Below, one piece after another: positions 1-12,722 of a DNA stretch of 64,000 nt; within the stretch, counting starts at the first letter, position 1; every line of letters starts with the position of its first letter. Made by a program: the position numbers and the translations under genes. Source of the DNA: Dimorphilus gyrociliatus. Its lineage: Eukaryota; Animalia; Annelida. The stretch lies in assembly GCA_904063045.1 (NCBI GenBank), contig CAJFCJ010000031.1:310001-374000 (forward strand), read 5' to 3'. The notes beneath the pieces were generated by a model. That model was given only the letters and a program-made list of their open reading frames with translations. It was not told the origin of the DNA and did no database searches.

Positions 1-937
1 ACCGCCATATTAGCAATATTACCGGGTTGGTCTAAAAGACGGGCGGCGCAATAGCCAGCTAACGTTGTGACAAGAGCAGCTACTAGAGATCGTATTCCTG
101 ACGCTTTTTACATTTTCCTATTTCTATTATTAGTTGTAATGTTTTATCTTTAAAAGATAAATATACGTGTGTATTTGAAATGACAAAAATTGGGCTAACA
201 AAGTCTGCAATACGATGCCTTATTGTTTTTCCGCAGTAAAGCTTTTAAGTTTAACTGCTGTTAGTTTATTCTTTTATGGTATCAATCATAAAAAAACCCC
301 AGATATTTTCATATTATTAGGACTATTCTCAATATGCTTTGTTATTTTCCTTTTAAATAAATTGCACTTTCAGCCAAATTAAACAACCTTAGGATTAAAT
401 TGTATTAAGACCAATAGATGGCTCTGGTTCATTGATTGTTCGATAGGAGTGTAATTAGTATGCAGAATATTTAATATATATTGTATATATATATACATTA
501 ACATTAAAAAAACAAAAAATTATTATGACGCTTATAACTTATATTAACGTAAAGTAGGTTTTTCTTTACAGGTTTAAATCTGCATGACTTATGACTAGAA
601 GATAAAAATAAAAAGGCTTTAACACGCATATACATATGTATATATATGTAAGAATCACAAATGTAGGCTCAAGGACTCACATATGGAATATATAAACAGC
701 TTCTTAGCCGTATGAAGTTGTGTGTCACGTACAACATCTACAACGATTAACACGCACAATAATTAAATTTGTAAATATTCTTTGACTTAGTTTACATTTT
801 ACAGAAGAGAGAAGAGTTGATTGGGTCTAAAATATATATTCAGAAAGAATTATTCCTCTTTTCCTTGTTTGTTACTCTATATTCTCCTTATTTCCTTCAC
901 ATTTTTACACCTCCAAATTTTATTTTCTTTATCTTGT

Positions 938-3900
938 TCATTTATTCTCTATTAATTCGTGCAATTTCCGAACAAGGTCACGAGCAATAGACAAAACTTC
1001 CTTGGCATTGTGCCTTTCAGCCATTTCTGTAAATAAAATAAGAAGGAAATAATGAAAGCTATATGCCTACGAAAAATTATTCTATTTTTTCCATCACGAT
1101 CTGAAAAATAATAAAAACTTACCGTTAAAGAATTTTATAATATCTGTAAAGTCCATATTATTATCGAGTATAATACCCCTGTAAGTTTGAACTAGAGCCA
1201 AGGCAATAAATGAGACAAAATGTTTAGAGCTTATATGCGCTGCTGCCCAAATTGTTTCCCAAACGCTAAAAATATCTTCATAAACGAGTTCTATAGGAAA
1301 GATAATAAAATAAGAACATTAATTATCTTTGTTATATGATTATAAACGAAATTTATTAAATAGATTCTAAAATCGAAATATAATGTAACTAACCCCTTTT
1401 GAAGTCTAATAGAAACCATCTGTAGCAGAAGTAAAAGTGGGTATAATCACCATTATGATGCATGTGTTCGAAAAGTTCGGAATCTAAAATCTGTTAGGAA
1501 GATTTAAACTTGCTCTATAAGAGGGAAGATGTTCGTTTTTTTTTTTAAAATAAATAATTACCTGTATAAGGGAACGCATATTAGCGAGATGTTGATCCAT
1601 TGCAATTCCATGAGGGAAATTTGCAGACATTCTCTTCATTAGTTCGCAAAAGCAACTATATGTTAGTTCTTCATCGTCTAGCACAACAAGAAGAGGTGCT
1701 ACCAAATCGCACATTCCCTGAACGTAACCCACGTCTAAACGCTCCCATACATATGTACACATAATATTACGCAGCTTATCTAAATTGACAGATGTTGAAA
1801 AATAGGGATAGTTTCTGTCGCAACGTTGTACATCCTTATCTATTCGATGCCAATTAAGAGCAACATTTTCCAACATAGCTCCTGAATAAACACCACCATT
1901 TGACGCTGGTGACGTAGGTGTAGAGTGTGGAGTTTGGGTAGCAGGCGGCAGTAATGGGGGTGGTGAACCTAATGAAGTAGGCCGATCTACAGACATCTCA
2001 GATTCAGGACACTCAACCAGCGGTGATTGCTTAGAAGCACCAGTTGATGGTTCCGCGTCATCAACACTTTCAAACACGTCATTCGACAAGCTGGAATCAT
2101 TCCTGACTAGAGTCAACGAATCATTTATATGTGGGTTTGCCAATTTGGCCATGCTAGCTGCCATTAACTCTTTATCTCGTTGGCGAACAATAGCCTCAAC
2201 GGCTAACCATTGTGACATTACATTTTCGTAATGATCTTTCATTTGTCTATCTCTCTCTTTTCTCTCTTCTCGACTAGATCCAGGTGAATAATGCTCAAGT
2301 AAATATGGCCATACCTCCTTCCTAATATTGTGATCGCAACCGCCGTAATAAATTAACTTATGAATGTCATGTATGTTCTCCTCGGGAATGCCATTTCCAT
2401 CTAAACAGGCCAATCTCTTCCAATTCTCTTCTGATAGATGGCCATTTTCATCCGACCCTACTAATATTGGATTGACAAGACCAGTTAAATGTGTTCGAAC
2501 CGTTTTTAAATGCCTGCAATGAGCCAACCATCCGTAAAAGGCTCTCGATATTATCTGTTTTTTCATTGTATCGCAGAGCTGTTTGACAGCTTCCTCATGC
2601 TGCTGTTGTTGTTCCTTTTGCTTTTGTAAGATTTCACTATCGCTAAGAGTACCATCACTAGATACACTCCACCATTTACCATCACTGTGTTGTCTACTAT
2701 TTGGTGGAGGGAAAGGGAATGCGGTTGAATGCGACAATTTTGGTTTTGTTTCAAGTAGGTCAGCAGCTGTTAGGTGAACATTACAAAACAAACTATAAAT
2801 AACGAAATAACCGTCAATTTTTTTGCTAAATTAGAGCGCAAAGGGGGGAAATACATTAAAAAGTATATAATTTAACTTTCGATCAATACTTACTACTACA
2901 AATAGGCCTTGACGTAGAGACAATTCTGAAAACATAATCCGTTGATTCGTCATCTTGTGATTGAAAGTCTTCACATATTGAAAGTGGAGAATTACGACTT
3001 GCTTTACGTTTCATTTTAGGGAACACTTTACCTATGAAATATATTCCTTGTTAAACATCTTCGCTAAAATACTAAATTTCATTATGCCTACTGACTATAT
3101 ACTACAGTATAATAATCTTACCTTTACCTCTTTGTGACCATAATGGTGGATCTAATCTGCCGTTCGGTAGTAAACCATTTTCAAGACAAGAAAGAAATGC
3201 CAATAAATGACCACCTTTGGGAAAATGGATAGGAGGCCTTTGCACTCCATCTTGTCCAACTAAGACAATTGTTCCTCCAGTATCCTCTGATTCAGTATAA
3301 AAAGTACTTTTAATAATATACAGTACAGAACAATCAACTCTTATAACAACTTACGCTTTTGATGGCAATGTAGATAGACAATATCATCTACAAATATATT
3401 CACAGCATAGTCCCAAAGGACGCTGTTATTTCGTTCAGCATCATCGGTAGAATTTCCGTTTTCTTTATGATTACCATTTGTGGAATTGGCTGTTGCCATT
3501 GTCCCACATCCGTTCATTAATTGATTCGGAGTCCATTTTATGCATAGACCATCACCCGACTGATGGAGAGACAAATATCCAGGTAGCTTTTCATTTTCAA
3601 CCTTCTAAAAGATACTCATGATACAACTATTCCCAAAAATAATCGATAAAAATCTTTTTTTTTTTTTTTTTTTTTTTTTTAATACAAAAAATGAATCTAA
3701 TTACCGCTTGAACGTATACATTATTCTTCCCGTAGAGCAATGTTGATTTGGAATTTTGATGAAGGCTTTCGACGTAGTCTTTCGCGGATAATGGAACGCT
3801 CCGCATACTCTCTTCGCTACTTGAACTTGTGTTTCTGCGTACATGTAAACTTGGACGCTTAGGGGAGTCTTGTTTACTTAAATGCTTAGGCTTAACAGCA

Positions 3901-4760
3901 TTGGAGTGTATTCGGTGACGCTGAACTAATTCATCAGCTGGTGGATCGGTCCAGTAATGATCTGGAGTTTTCATCTTTGTATAATCAAGGGCACAAGGTC
4001 CCACCAACAGTGATCCGACAATTGGGCCGTCAACTGGATTAGCCATAAGAGCATCCTTCTCATAATATTTGCTAACAGGTATAAACAGGAATTAAATATA
4101 CTAATGCAGGATGTTTAATAAAGCCGTATTGTTACCTATTATTCTCTGATAAATGGGAAACAATCTTTGCTAATTGCTTCTCGAACAAAGCAATACGAAT
4201 CCATAAATACTTCACTGGATTAGCTGCTTGATTGCGACCTTGCATCAATGATCGATTATTTGATTTCCTGTTTATAAATATAAATGAATGATGCCCATAT
4301 ATTGAGTGGAAAGTTATAAATAATTTAATAAATATATTTAACCTACCCGCTTTCGTATTCTGCCAATGCTTTTGAAACGATTGTAGCAGGTTCGAATGTC
4401 CGACTTAATTTGGAGAGAAGCGCTTGTGTATTAGAACTATTCTTGAATAAACCTAAGGCACGCTTCCGAAGTCCTTGTTGGATACAAACTTCAACAGCAC
4501 CACATAACGATGTAATAGAACTGCTTTCTTCATGCACGAACTTTCTGGTTACAGCTTCCTCCATAATTTGTTTAACCTTATGTAACGAAAATTCTAATGC
4601 AATCGAACGCATATCTTGCAAATGCTTACGGTCTTACCTCTTTCTTCACGTTAGCAAGGAGTCTTTTGTGGATTTCCTCCATTTGTTCTGTTGTATCTAC
4701 AAAAATAAATAATTGTTCGAAAGCAAATTAGATGAAGACCATTAATTTCATACCAGTCAT
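938..4760 (-). CDS. SGSM1: Small G protein signalling modulator 1/2 (RUN + TBC domain Rab GTPase-activating protein), 12 exons
   Basis: Hand-spliced exons 4754-4760, 4638-4696, 4347-4576, 4136-4267, 3705-4071, 3355-3604, 3122-3286, 2894-3031, 1562-2766, 1394-1490, 1123-1290, 938-1026, all GT-AG with compatible phases. The N-terminus [28 protein letters not shown] is characteristic of SGSM. TBC arginine finger [11 protein letters not shown] and glutamine finger YVQGMCDL are intact, followed by [15 protein letters not shown]. The SGSM1/2 split is vertebrate-specific, so the symbol is family-level. Confidence 0.93.
3655..3680. repeat. T26 homopolymer in an SGSM intron
   Basis: Directly visible. 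Confidence 0.9.
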
Positions 4761-5196
4761 TTCCCCTTTAATCGCTAATCAATCGTCAAAGATATAATCA
4801 GTTAATTGGTTAAATTATTTAATAATAAAAAGCTAAGTTTGGTTCATTTTGGGAACATTCTGCGCCGCCATCTGTTCGTTTACTACAGACGACACAAATT
4901 TTCATAATCTTGTAGGAAACAGCAGGATTGATCGATATAAAAATCAAGACCGCAGCAATTAGACTGGTTCTAGATACTAAATTAACCCAACCAGCCCAAT
5001 TCTATGAATCGTCTGCTCGAATTTACTACTGGGTAGAGTTTGTAAAATTAAGTTTGTATTTCTATGGATTCCTACACTTTGAAAGATATAACAACTGAAA
5101 AAGAAGTATTTCTCATCAAAGAGATAGCTATTAGTCAATTTGTGAGATCGATTAACTCCTTCACACTTAAATAAACAACTATTGGTGAGCGGTAAA
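4761..5196. promoter_or_regulatory. Bidirectional promoter region (SGSM <- / -> GT77-like) with a CTCF/YY1-like motif at 4864-4876
   Basis: Start codons are head-to-head, 436 bp apart. GCCGCCATCTGTT reads AACAGATGGCGGC on the minus strand. Confidence 0.55.
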
Positions 5197-6627
5197 ATGT
5201 TAAGACATCGATGGCGGGCTTTATTATTTTGTACGATTATTCTTTTTGTTTACTTAATTTGGCTAAAAAAGAAAAATCAGGAACAAATAATAACACAACC
5301 TCCAAACACAGTGACAATTACCGAATTTTTAAGTTCTAAAAGTAATAATAATCTAATTGATAATGAAATGGTAGCAGAAGACGATTTAAATCGTTTTAGA
5401 AATCATCTCAAGTCTCATTTTAAAACAAACTCTACAATTATAATGACAATCGTTAACGAAGGCTACGAATCAATGCTGAAAAACTTTTATAAAACCTCAA
5501 TCTTACCTTTTAAATTTCAGCAAGTTTTATTTATTTGCTTATCTAAAAGTATTACTATTAGATGGAGTTTCATTCAACATTCCTGTTTTTTTCTGCCACC
5601 AAACAACAATTTAAATGGTGCTGGTAATTTTGGTACAAATGTTTATTATTCAATTACAAACTTGAAATCTTTGCTTGTATTGGAAACTTTAAAAGGAGGA
5701 TATAGTCTTTTATTCACCGACTTAGATGTTATCATCTTTAAAGATCCATTTCCTTATTTTACGTGTACAAAGTGTGATATCCATATGCAAATGGATCGTG
5801 TTCAACACAATACAGGATTTATGTATATAAAACCAACAAAAGCCAGTATAAACTTTTTCAAAGAACTATGGTCTAATTTTAAGTTGAGTAAGAGAATGTC
5901 ACATGATCAAGGCTACTTCAATGAACTTCTTGAGATAAGAAAGCTTAGAAATCAAAGTCACCTTATCAAAATCAATAAGCTTCCTGTCAAATATTTTACT
6001 TGTGGTACTTATTATTTCAACGAAGATAATAGACAATTCGGAGTTCCTGGTTCGAAAGATACCGTTGTTGTTCATAATAACTATATTGGTTCGATTGCCG
6101 CAAAAATTTATAGATTTAAAGAAAACTTTCTGTGGAGTTTGGATACCAGTGGTTATTACTCATCCAGAGTAACTAAATACATATCATATGGTAATTCTAT
6201 TGACTTTCAAGAAAATAATTATCTAAAAGAAATACAAGCCTTAAAGAATGCAATGAAAATTGGGCAATTATCTAAAAGAGTAGTAATTCTACCAAAGTTT
6301 ACTTGCTGCGCCTGTAAAAAACAGAGAAAATCATGCTCAAATTTTTCAACAAAATGCTCATTATTATCAGTGTTGAATATTGACGCTTTTGATAAGAAAT
6401 TTGCCAACCTGTATAGGGAAAGTACTTTCATTCATAATCCTCTAACCAGAAAATTTGATAAGAGTGATATCATAAATCTTAGTCATGATCAGATGTTCGA
6501 AATATCAAAATATTATAATTATAGTATTGTTCATTTTGATCATCTCTATGGAAAGTTTGACAATTATAATTATACTGATAATCATTTTAAATGCGATAAC
6601 TACGAACAGTGGAATCAGAATTTGTAA
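5197..6627 (+). CDS. Type II membrane nucleotide-diphospho-sugar transferase (GT77/PF03407-like), intronless CDS, ~476 aa
   Basis: Long ORF, first ATG at 5197. It has an N-terminal TM anchor (ALLFCTIILFVYLIWL), a DxD motif (FTDLDVIIF), NTGFMYI, HDQGYFN and VVHNNY..KIYRFKE...W, plus a Cys-containing C-terminal extension (VVILPKFTCCAC). Confidence 0.8.
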   Translation: MLRHRWRALLFCTIILFVYLIWLKKKNQEQIITQPPNTVTITEFLSSKSNNNLIDNEMVAEDDLNRFRNHLKSHFKTNSTIIMTIVNEGYESMLKNFYKTSILPFKFQQVLFICLSKSITIRWSFIQHSCFFLPPNNNLNGAGNFGTNVYYSITNLKSLLVLETLKGGYSLLFTDLDVIIFKDPFPYFTCTKCDIHMQMDRVQHNTGFMYIKPTKASINFFKELWSNFKLSKRMSHDQGYFNELLEIRKLRNQSHLIKINKLPVKYFTCGTYYFNEDNRQFGVPGSKDTVVVHNNYIGSIAAKIYRFKENFLWSLDTSGYYSSRVTKYISYGNSIDFQENNYLKEIQALKNAMKIGQLSKRVVILPKFTCCACKKQRKSCSNFSTKCSLLSVLNIDAFDKKFANLYRESTFIHNPLTRKFDKSDIINLSHDQMFEISKYYNYSIVHFDHLYGKFDNYNYTDNHFKCDNYEQWNQNL

Positions 6628-6998
6628 CTGGTCTTAACATTTTTAATATATTTTCATTAATTTTTATAAATAGCAAATAGTTTTTTTATCTTTCAATATT
6701 TGAACGAGTATTGTAACAACAACAGATTAAATCCTTACCTTTAACGAACATTTCATGATCCGTAAAAAATACAAAAATAATAAATTTCATGTTGGTTTAT
6801 CAAGGTTTTGAGGTAAACGAATTAAATTTAACGGGTGAACCCAAAATTCGTTAAATTCTTTTTAATATTAAATGATATGAAATAAATGACAATCCGAACA
6901 AAAACAAACAAGAGATTGCTTCGGAACTTGTTTGCTATTTGCAAGACTTTAATAGCACCGGTATCCCTTCCTATCAAATGCATATGCTTCAAAATTCA

Positions 6999-8528
6999 TT
7001 AATTTACTTCTGATGTATCACCATTTTGAGGTACTGATATAACCTCACATGCTCGCATGTTACGTAATTGTTTTCTATGCTCTTTCTCCATATGATACTC
7101 ATTCACCGGTAATTCCTTACACTATTGAAATGAAATGTCGAAAATATAATAATGAAAATAAAACTATTTTACATGATTAAACCTGTTGAATTAAATAATC
7201 TTCCTTCAGGACTTTGGCAGGTGGGGATCTTAGTTTGGAGAGAATATCGAATTTATTGGTACACGCTTTTAAAACATCATTGGGTAAACACTCCTTTATA
7301 AGTACTAAAGCAACTCGAAACAAAACTTTAACGCCTTCGCAAAAGAACATATCCCAAATACGTTCACAAGTTGGCCAAGGGAAAGTTCTAGTAAAAAGGC
7401 ACATAAACCATTCAATCATAAATTCTGCAGGTCTCACATCCATTGCCTTCTGTTAGTTGTTAATTAAAACAAAGAGATTGTAATTATCTTAAATAAAATA
7501 TATTTGATAATGCGACGTACCATTTTTTTGGACGCTTTCGGATGTACATATTTAATGAGATTCATAAGGATTTCTGCGTCGAGACGTAGAGTTCGTAAAC
7601 CATCGTCGAAATAACCACAAATGTATTGGTCGCAAATTCGAATAAGTGTCCAAAATGCCTCATGCTCTGGCATATGCATTAAAAGGAAAGCAGCAACTGG
7701 TCCTTGGCCTTGACAATAGCCAGTTCTGGGACGAGCATTAGTAAAAGCGATGAGGACATTTGCCAAACTTTCTTGGCCTAGATTGCTCTTGCCATTTTCA
7801 TAGAACAGTTTATTATTAGGAAACTGTCGTCCAACATCTTGTTTTATTTCCATTACGACTTCAGGATTAGTATTGGCCGTGAGATAGTGCTAGAACAAGA
7901 AAATTGACTGTAAGATAGACTTCAAATTTCATTGGATAACAAAGGAAAATAACGCACATTATACATCTTATAAGCTGCATCTTTGTCTTCCTTATAACTC
8001 TCAAAGTTTTCTTCAGTACCAAAACGAATACGAATAGATTCATTATCACTTTTACATAAATGTTGCCAGGCTCTTGCTCGTAGTGAGAACGGTATACCTT
8101 TACGGCATCTTTTTCGAATCTGTTATGACATGCTTAGTTGTAAATTATATCATAAACCAAATAAGTCATACATACCAAAGGGAAACGACGCTCAATTGTT
8201 CTATCCCATTTACCAATCATCTTTAGCCATTTATTTTCCCGCTTACGTAATTTCTTAGTATCTTTAATTGATCTGAAAAGTTTGCAGAATTAAATATTGA
8301 ATATTTACAAAGTTATTAAATAAGCATTTGAAGTATATCTTCTGCTTGGTTGAAAATCTTGTTAATATCTCGATAGAACTGAAACAGAGTTACAGACATT
8401 GATGCTTACATTTGTCGATGATGATACTGTGAACAATCTGATCGAAAGCCCAACATGTCATGATGAGTCTCAGATGGAGCTGGAGGTTCCTCTTCCATGC
8501 AAAACGAATTTCCATTTGGTGTTGTCAT
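6999..8528 (-). CDS. TBC1D10A: TBC1 domain family member 10 (EPI64-like RabGAP), ~6 exons
   Basis: Spliced peptide pieces LRKRENKWLKMIGKW, IRKRCRKGIPFSLRARAWQHL, IKQDVGRQFP (Arg finger), GYCQGQGPVAAFLLMHM (Gln finger) and EWFMCLFTRTFPW...IWDMFFCEGVKVLFRVAL. Stop TAA at 6999-7001. The start at 8528 is less certain. Confidence 0.88.
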
Positions 8529-9989
8529 ATTCTAATTCTTTAAATTGAAAACATATAATTGTCTGTAATTACAGTTGTAAGGCTGTCCCACCTAATATTA
8601 CAACCGAAAAATATATACAGTTCCAGTTCTAAAAAATTTGAGACTCGATGCTCCACGTGATGTTTTCTCTGCGATAATTCGTCGCTGAATGCCAACCTCC
8701 TTCGTTCTTACCAGTTTATACTGTATGTTCAGGTTGTTTTACCTAAATTTTGCCGCTGAAATGTTCAAAACTAAAATATAGAATTTCATGATATATTGGA
8801 TTATCACAGAAGATTTTCCATAAAAATTATGATAGTCAATCACAGTTAGTATTACTTTAATATAAATTGCTGCTTGTAATACTTGATCCTTCGATTAGAC
8901 ACTAAAAATATGATTATAAAATTATCTTCCTGACGACTGAAAAACTCAATTTTTACTTAACTACTCAATTTTGTTTATCGCTCTTTTAAACATTCATCGC
9001 TTGAAATTAGTACATAAACATATCTTAATAAACAAGTAAACAATTTTTTAGTACTCTATATAAAAAATGATCTAAATTGTATCCAACTGTACCAGTCTTT
9101 TCCAGCTTTCTTTTCACGATTCTTTCAACTTTTAGTTAAATATTTTATTAAAATAGATATTTCATAAAACAAACAATGAAAAAAAATGTTAAGAAAGCAT
9201 ACAGAAATATAAAAAATGGAGTATTTAATGAAATAAACAAGAAAAATGTCTAGAAAATATCAATTTCTTTTACAAATAATAATTTCTAAATGCATATTAA
9301 AAAATAGATAAAAATTTGAATTGAATAATTTGTATATAACTATGTCTTGACTGATTTTTATAATGGATATCTATTTTATGAGCCTAGAATTTGCCGTTGT
9401 CTTAAACAAACTTTCTATTAGCCAAAATGACGTGAAATTTCTATTTTTACATATTCAAATAAAGTTTAAAATACGTAATATTCAAATTTCATTCAATTTA
9501 TACAACAGAAATCCATGTTTGTTGAATCTAGCATTCTGGTGTTTATTTTTAGCATAGAAACATCTTCAGTTATCTCCCTTCACGAAAATAACAAATTTTA
9601 ATCATGTTAATAAGTTCATAATTTTTTTTAAAAGATAAACTAATAAAAAATTGTTGAGTAATACAACTGAAAATAATCATATAAATAGTTAAATTTACAA
9701 TTAAAACACGTTTCAATGCTTTTTTAAACAACGAGCTTTTATCCGCCTAAATAAGCACGTGATCATCACTCGTGGTAACGAGGAATATAGGTCTGTGTTT
9801 CGTACTCGGTAAAAAAATCTGTGAAAATATTTTAACGAAAGGAAATTTTAATTTTTTCAAATGTAAAGATATAACACAAATCATATTTACTAAAGAGACG
9901 AAAATACGAATATGAGAATAATATCGTTCTTAGTCGGCCATTTTGACCCCAGCGGTGTAATTGAACAAACTCTGCAGAAAAGTACAAAA

Positions 9990-11261
9990 ATGTTGTCACG
10001 TTTCGTATCAGCCAGAAGTTTCCAAGCTTTGTCTGTCTTGGGTCGATCATTCTCGACAACCCAGCAGGTTTATTTGACTTCACTTTTTAGATCAGATGTA
10101 CATAACGTGAATCGGAATAATTAATCTAACCGGGATGTTTTTACACAGGACAGTAACAAAGTGGTGATCCTGGGAGCAAGTGGAGGTATCGGACAGCCAT
10201 TGTCACTTTTAATGAAAGAAAATAAAAGAGTTTCTCACCTCGCTCTTTATGATATTGCCCATACCAAAGGTGTTGCCGCTGACCTTAGTCATATCGCTAC
10301 CCCAGCAAAAGTTACGGGCCATACAGGCCCTGAAGAACTTTCCGCATGTTTACAGGGAGCTGATGTTGTTGTTATTCCTGCTGGCGTACCAAGAAAACCA
10401 GGTAAATAGTTGGACATTTTAACAAAAGGTTATAATAAAACTTCCTTATTGTAGGCATGACTCGTGATGATTTGTTTAATACCAATGCTTCAATCGTCAG
10501 AGATCTGAGTGAAGCTTGCGCAAGAAATTGTCCGGAAGCTGTTCTTTGCATAATTTCGAACCCTGTTAGTTCTTTTTTTTATATTTCATTGAGATTTATT
10601 AAAGATTCAACTTCCTAGGTTAATTCAACCGTTCCTATAGCAAGCGAGGTTTTTAAGAAGGCCGGGGTTCACAACCCTGATAAGATATTTGGTGTGACAA
10701 CTCTTGATGTAGTCAGAGCAAATACTTTTATTGCAGAGGCTAAGAATTTAGATGTCAGCCAAGTTAATGTTCCAGTTGTTGGAGGACACTCTGGAGTAAC
10801 TATTATTCCTTTGGTTTCACAAGCAACCCCAGCTATCTCCTTCCCTTATGTGAGTTAACAATAGTATCTGGTTAACAGTTCAACTTATTGATATTTTATG
10901 TGTCTAGGCGGATCGAGGTCGTATTAGCGAACGCATTCAAAACGCTGGCACAGAGGTTGTTGAGGCAAAGGCTGGCACCGGCTCTGCCACTTTATCTATG
11001 GCATATGCAGGGGCTAAATTTGTTAACTCTATGTTAGGTGCATTAAACGGACAACAAGGTATCGTTGAGTGTGCCTACGTTAAATCTGATGAAACCGAAG
11101 CATCATACTTTGCTACACCTCTACTACTGGGCAAAAAAGGCTTAGAGAAAAATTTGGGATTGGGAAAATTATTGGAATTTGAAGTTGAGCTACTAAAAAA
11201 GGCAATGCCAGAACTTAAAGCTAACATCAAGAAGGGTGAAGACTTTGTTAATGGAAATTAA
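9990..11261 (+). CDS. MDH2: Mitochondrial malate dehydrogenase, 5 exons
   Basis: Exons 9990-10067, 10149-10401, 10455-10564, 10619-10849, 10908-11261. Transit peptide [11 protein letters not shown]; motifs [54 protein letters not shown] and [11 protein letters not shown]. Confidence 0.97.
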
Positions 11262-11869
11262 AGTAAACAGTCTCGTTTCTGTTCTTATCAGATTATGATG
11301 AAATTGTCCGCCATGATACTAAAACAAAAAAATCCTGTATAGAGACAAAATATACTTTGTGGTAAAAATTGTATAGTTTTAAAGTGTTTAGAGTGTAGTT
11401 ATGCAAAAAACAATCGCCAAATGCCTCATGAGACATCTTACTTTCTAAAAGTTATTAAGGCATCAAATCTCTATTCTTCAACATGCAATACAAGTTTAAA
11501 TATTTCAATTTTAAATGTTGATTTCTTTCCTCCCCTAATCGTCGTTCAAATTCAAAACCAATGCCACAGTTACCTATAGTCTCCATCATAAGATTATAAT
11601 AATAATGTTGATGTGCATTTTTCACAAAATTCAATAAAATTTATTCTGTATTTAAAACGATCAGTTGATCGCTGCTCTTTAGAAATAACGTATGTTCGAT
11701 AAATTTCTCAGAAGACTATCTTTAAAATTAACATGACATACTTCTATGATTCGAACTGTTGCAGACATAAGAATGTAGCTGGAGTTAGTTAGGTGATTTA
11801 AGCCTAGAATGAGTGTAGCGGAAGTCGTAATCTGATACACTAGCTCCACAAGGCAGTTTGTCGGCAGGT

Positions 11870-12645
11870 ATGTTACGCTGCACTCTGATCATTCTGTGTG
11901 TAAAAGCTTTGCATTCCCAAAAAACTCACAATGCATTTTCGCCATCAGTTCTAATTGGATTTCCTGAATACTGGAAGCCGTATACACTGCAGATCGCATT
12001 ATTATGTTCTTACGATCTCGAGTTTGCTAACGAAACAGTTGGAAAAGTTGTTCCTGGAGACGATCAAAGACCAGAAGTGGCTCTTATTGATTTTCAATCG
12101 AAAGATTTGTATGAAGAATATAAAAAGAGAATATCAACTAAAAATAGAGGTGGTGAAACAAATCCATTTGCATTTTACGTCAAGAAAACCAATAATATAA
12201 TAGAATCAATACTCAATTCTCGTTGGATGAATTATTTTGAAAGTCAGTGGTTTCGACACAGCTTAAATGCTTGCGAATGGAATTACTACACTTACAAAAA
12301 GTTAATAGGTATAATTTAAAAACTCTTTTAAGATGTATCCGATAAAAGAAATTATCAATTTTATTATCAAATTTAGATCTGCCGTCATCTTACGACCTTA
12401 TAAGAAATAAATGGTGCCCTAAGCCCGCTAACGAAACCACTTGCAATAATACAATGGAATTAAATGTTGTATACAACACTTCATGTTTGGATAGATCAAA
12501 AATTTCTAGTGTGCATCTTAATATCCCGCCTAAATCAATTTGCTATAGTACAGCTAGTAGGAGCGCTCGTTGTAATTCTTGTATGTATAAAATTGTTGGT
12601 ACTATTTTCTTCATATACCTTTCGTTTATTGTAACATGTATATAA
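11870..12645 (+). CDS. Orphan secreted, probably GPI-anchored protein, 2 exons, ~235 aa
   Basis: Exon 11870-12308 and exon 12377-12645 join in phase 1 (708 nt, ending TAA). N-terminal signal-like MLRCTLIILCVKALHS, several N-x-S/T sites and Cys residues, and a terminal hydrophobic tail (IVGTIFFIYLSFIVTCI*). No family recognised. Confidence 0.6.
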
Positions 12646-12722
12646 TATGAAAAAAAAAAAACAAAGTCTGATTATATATACAACATCAAAGCTGCTGCTG
12701 ATGTCCACTGTTTTCGATGCTA

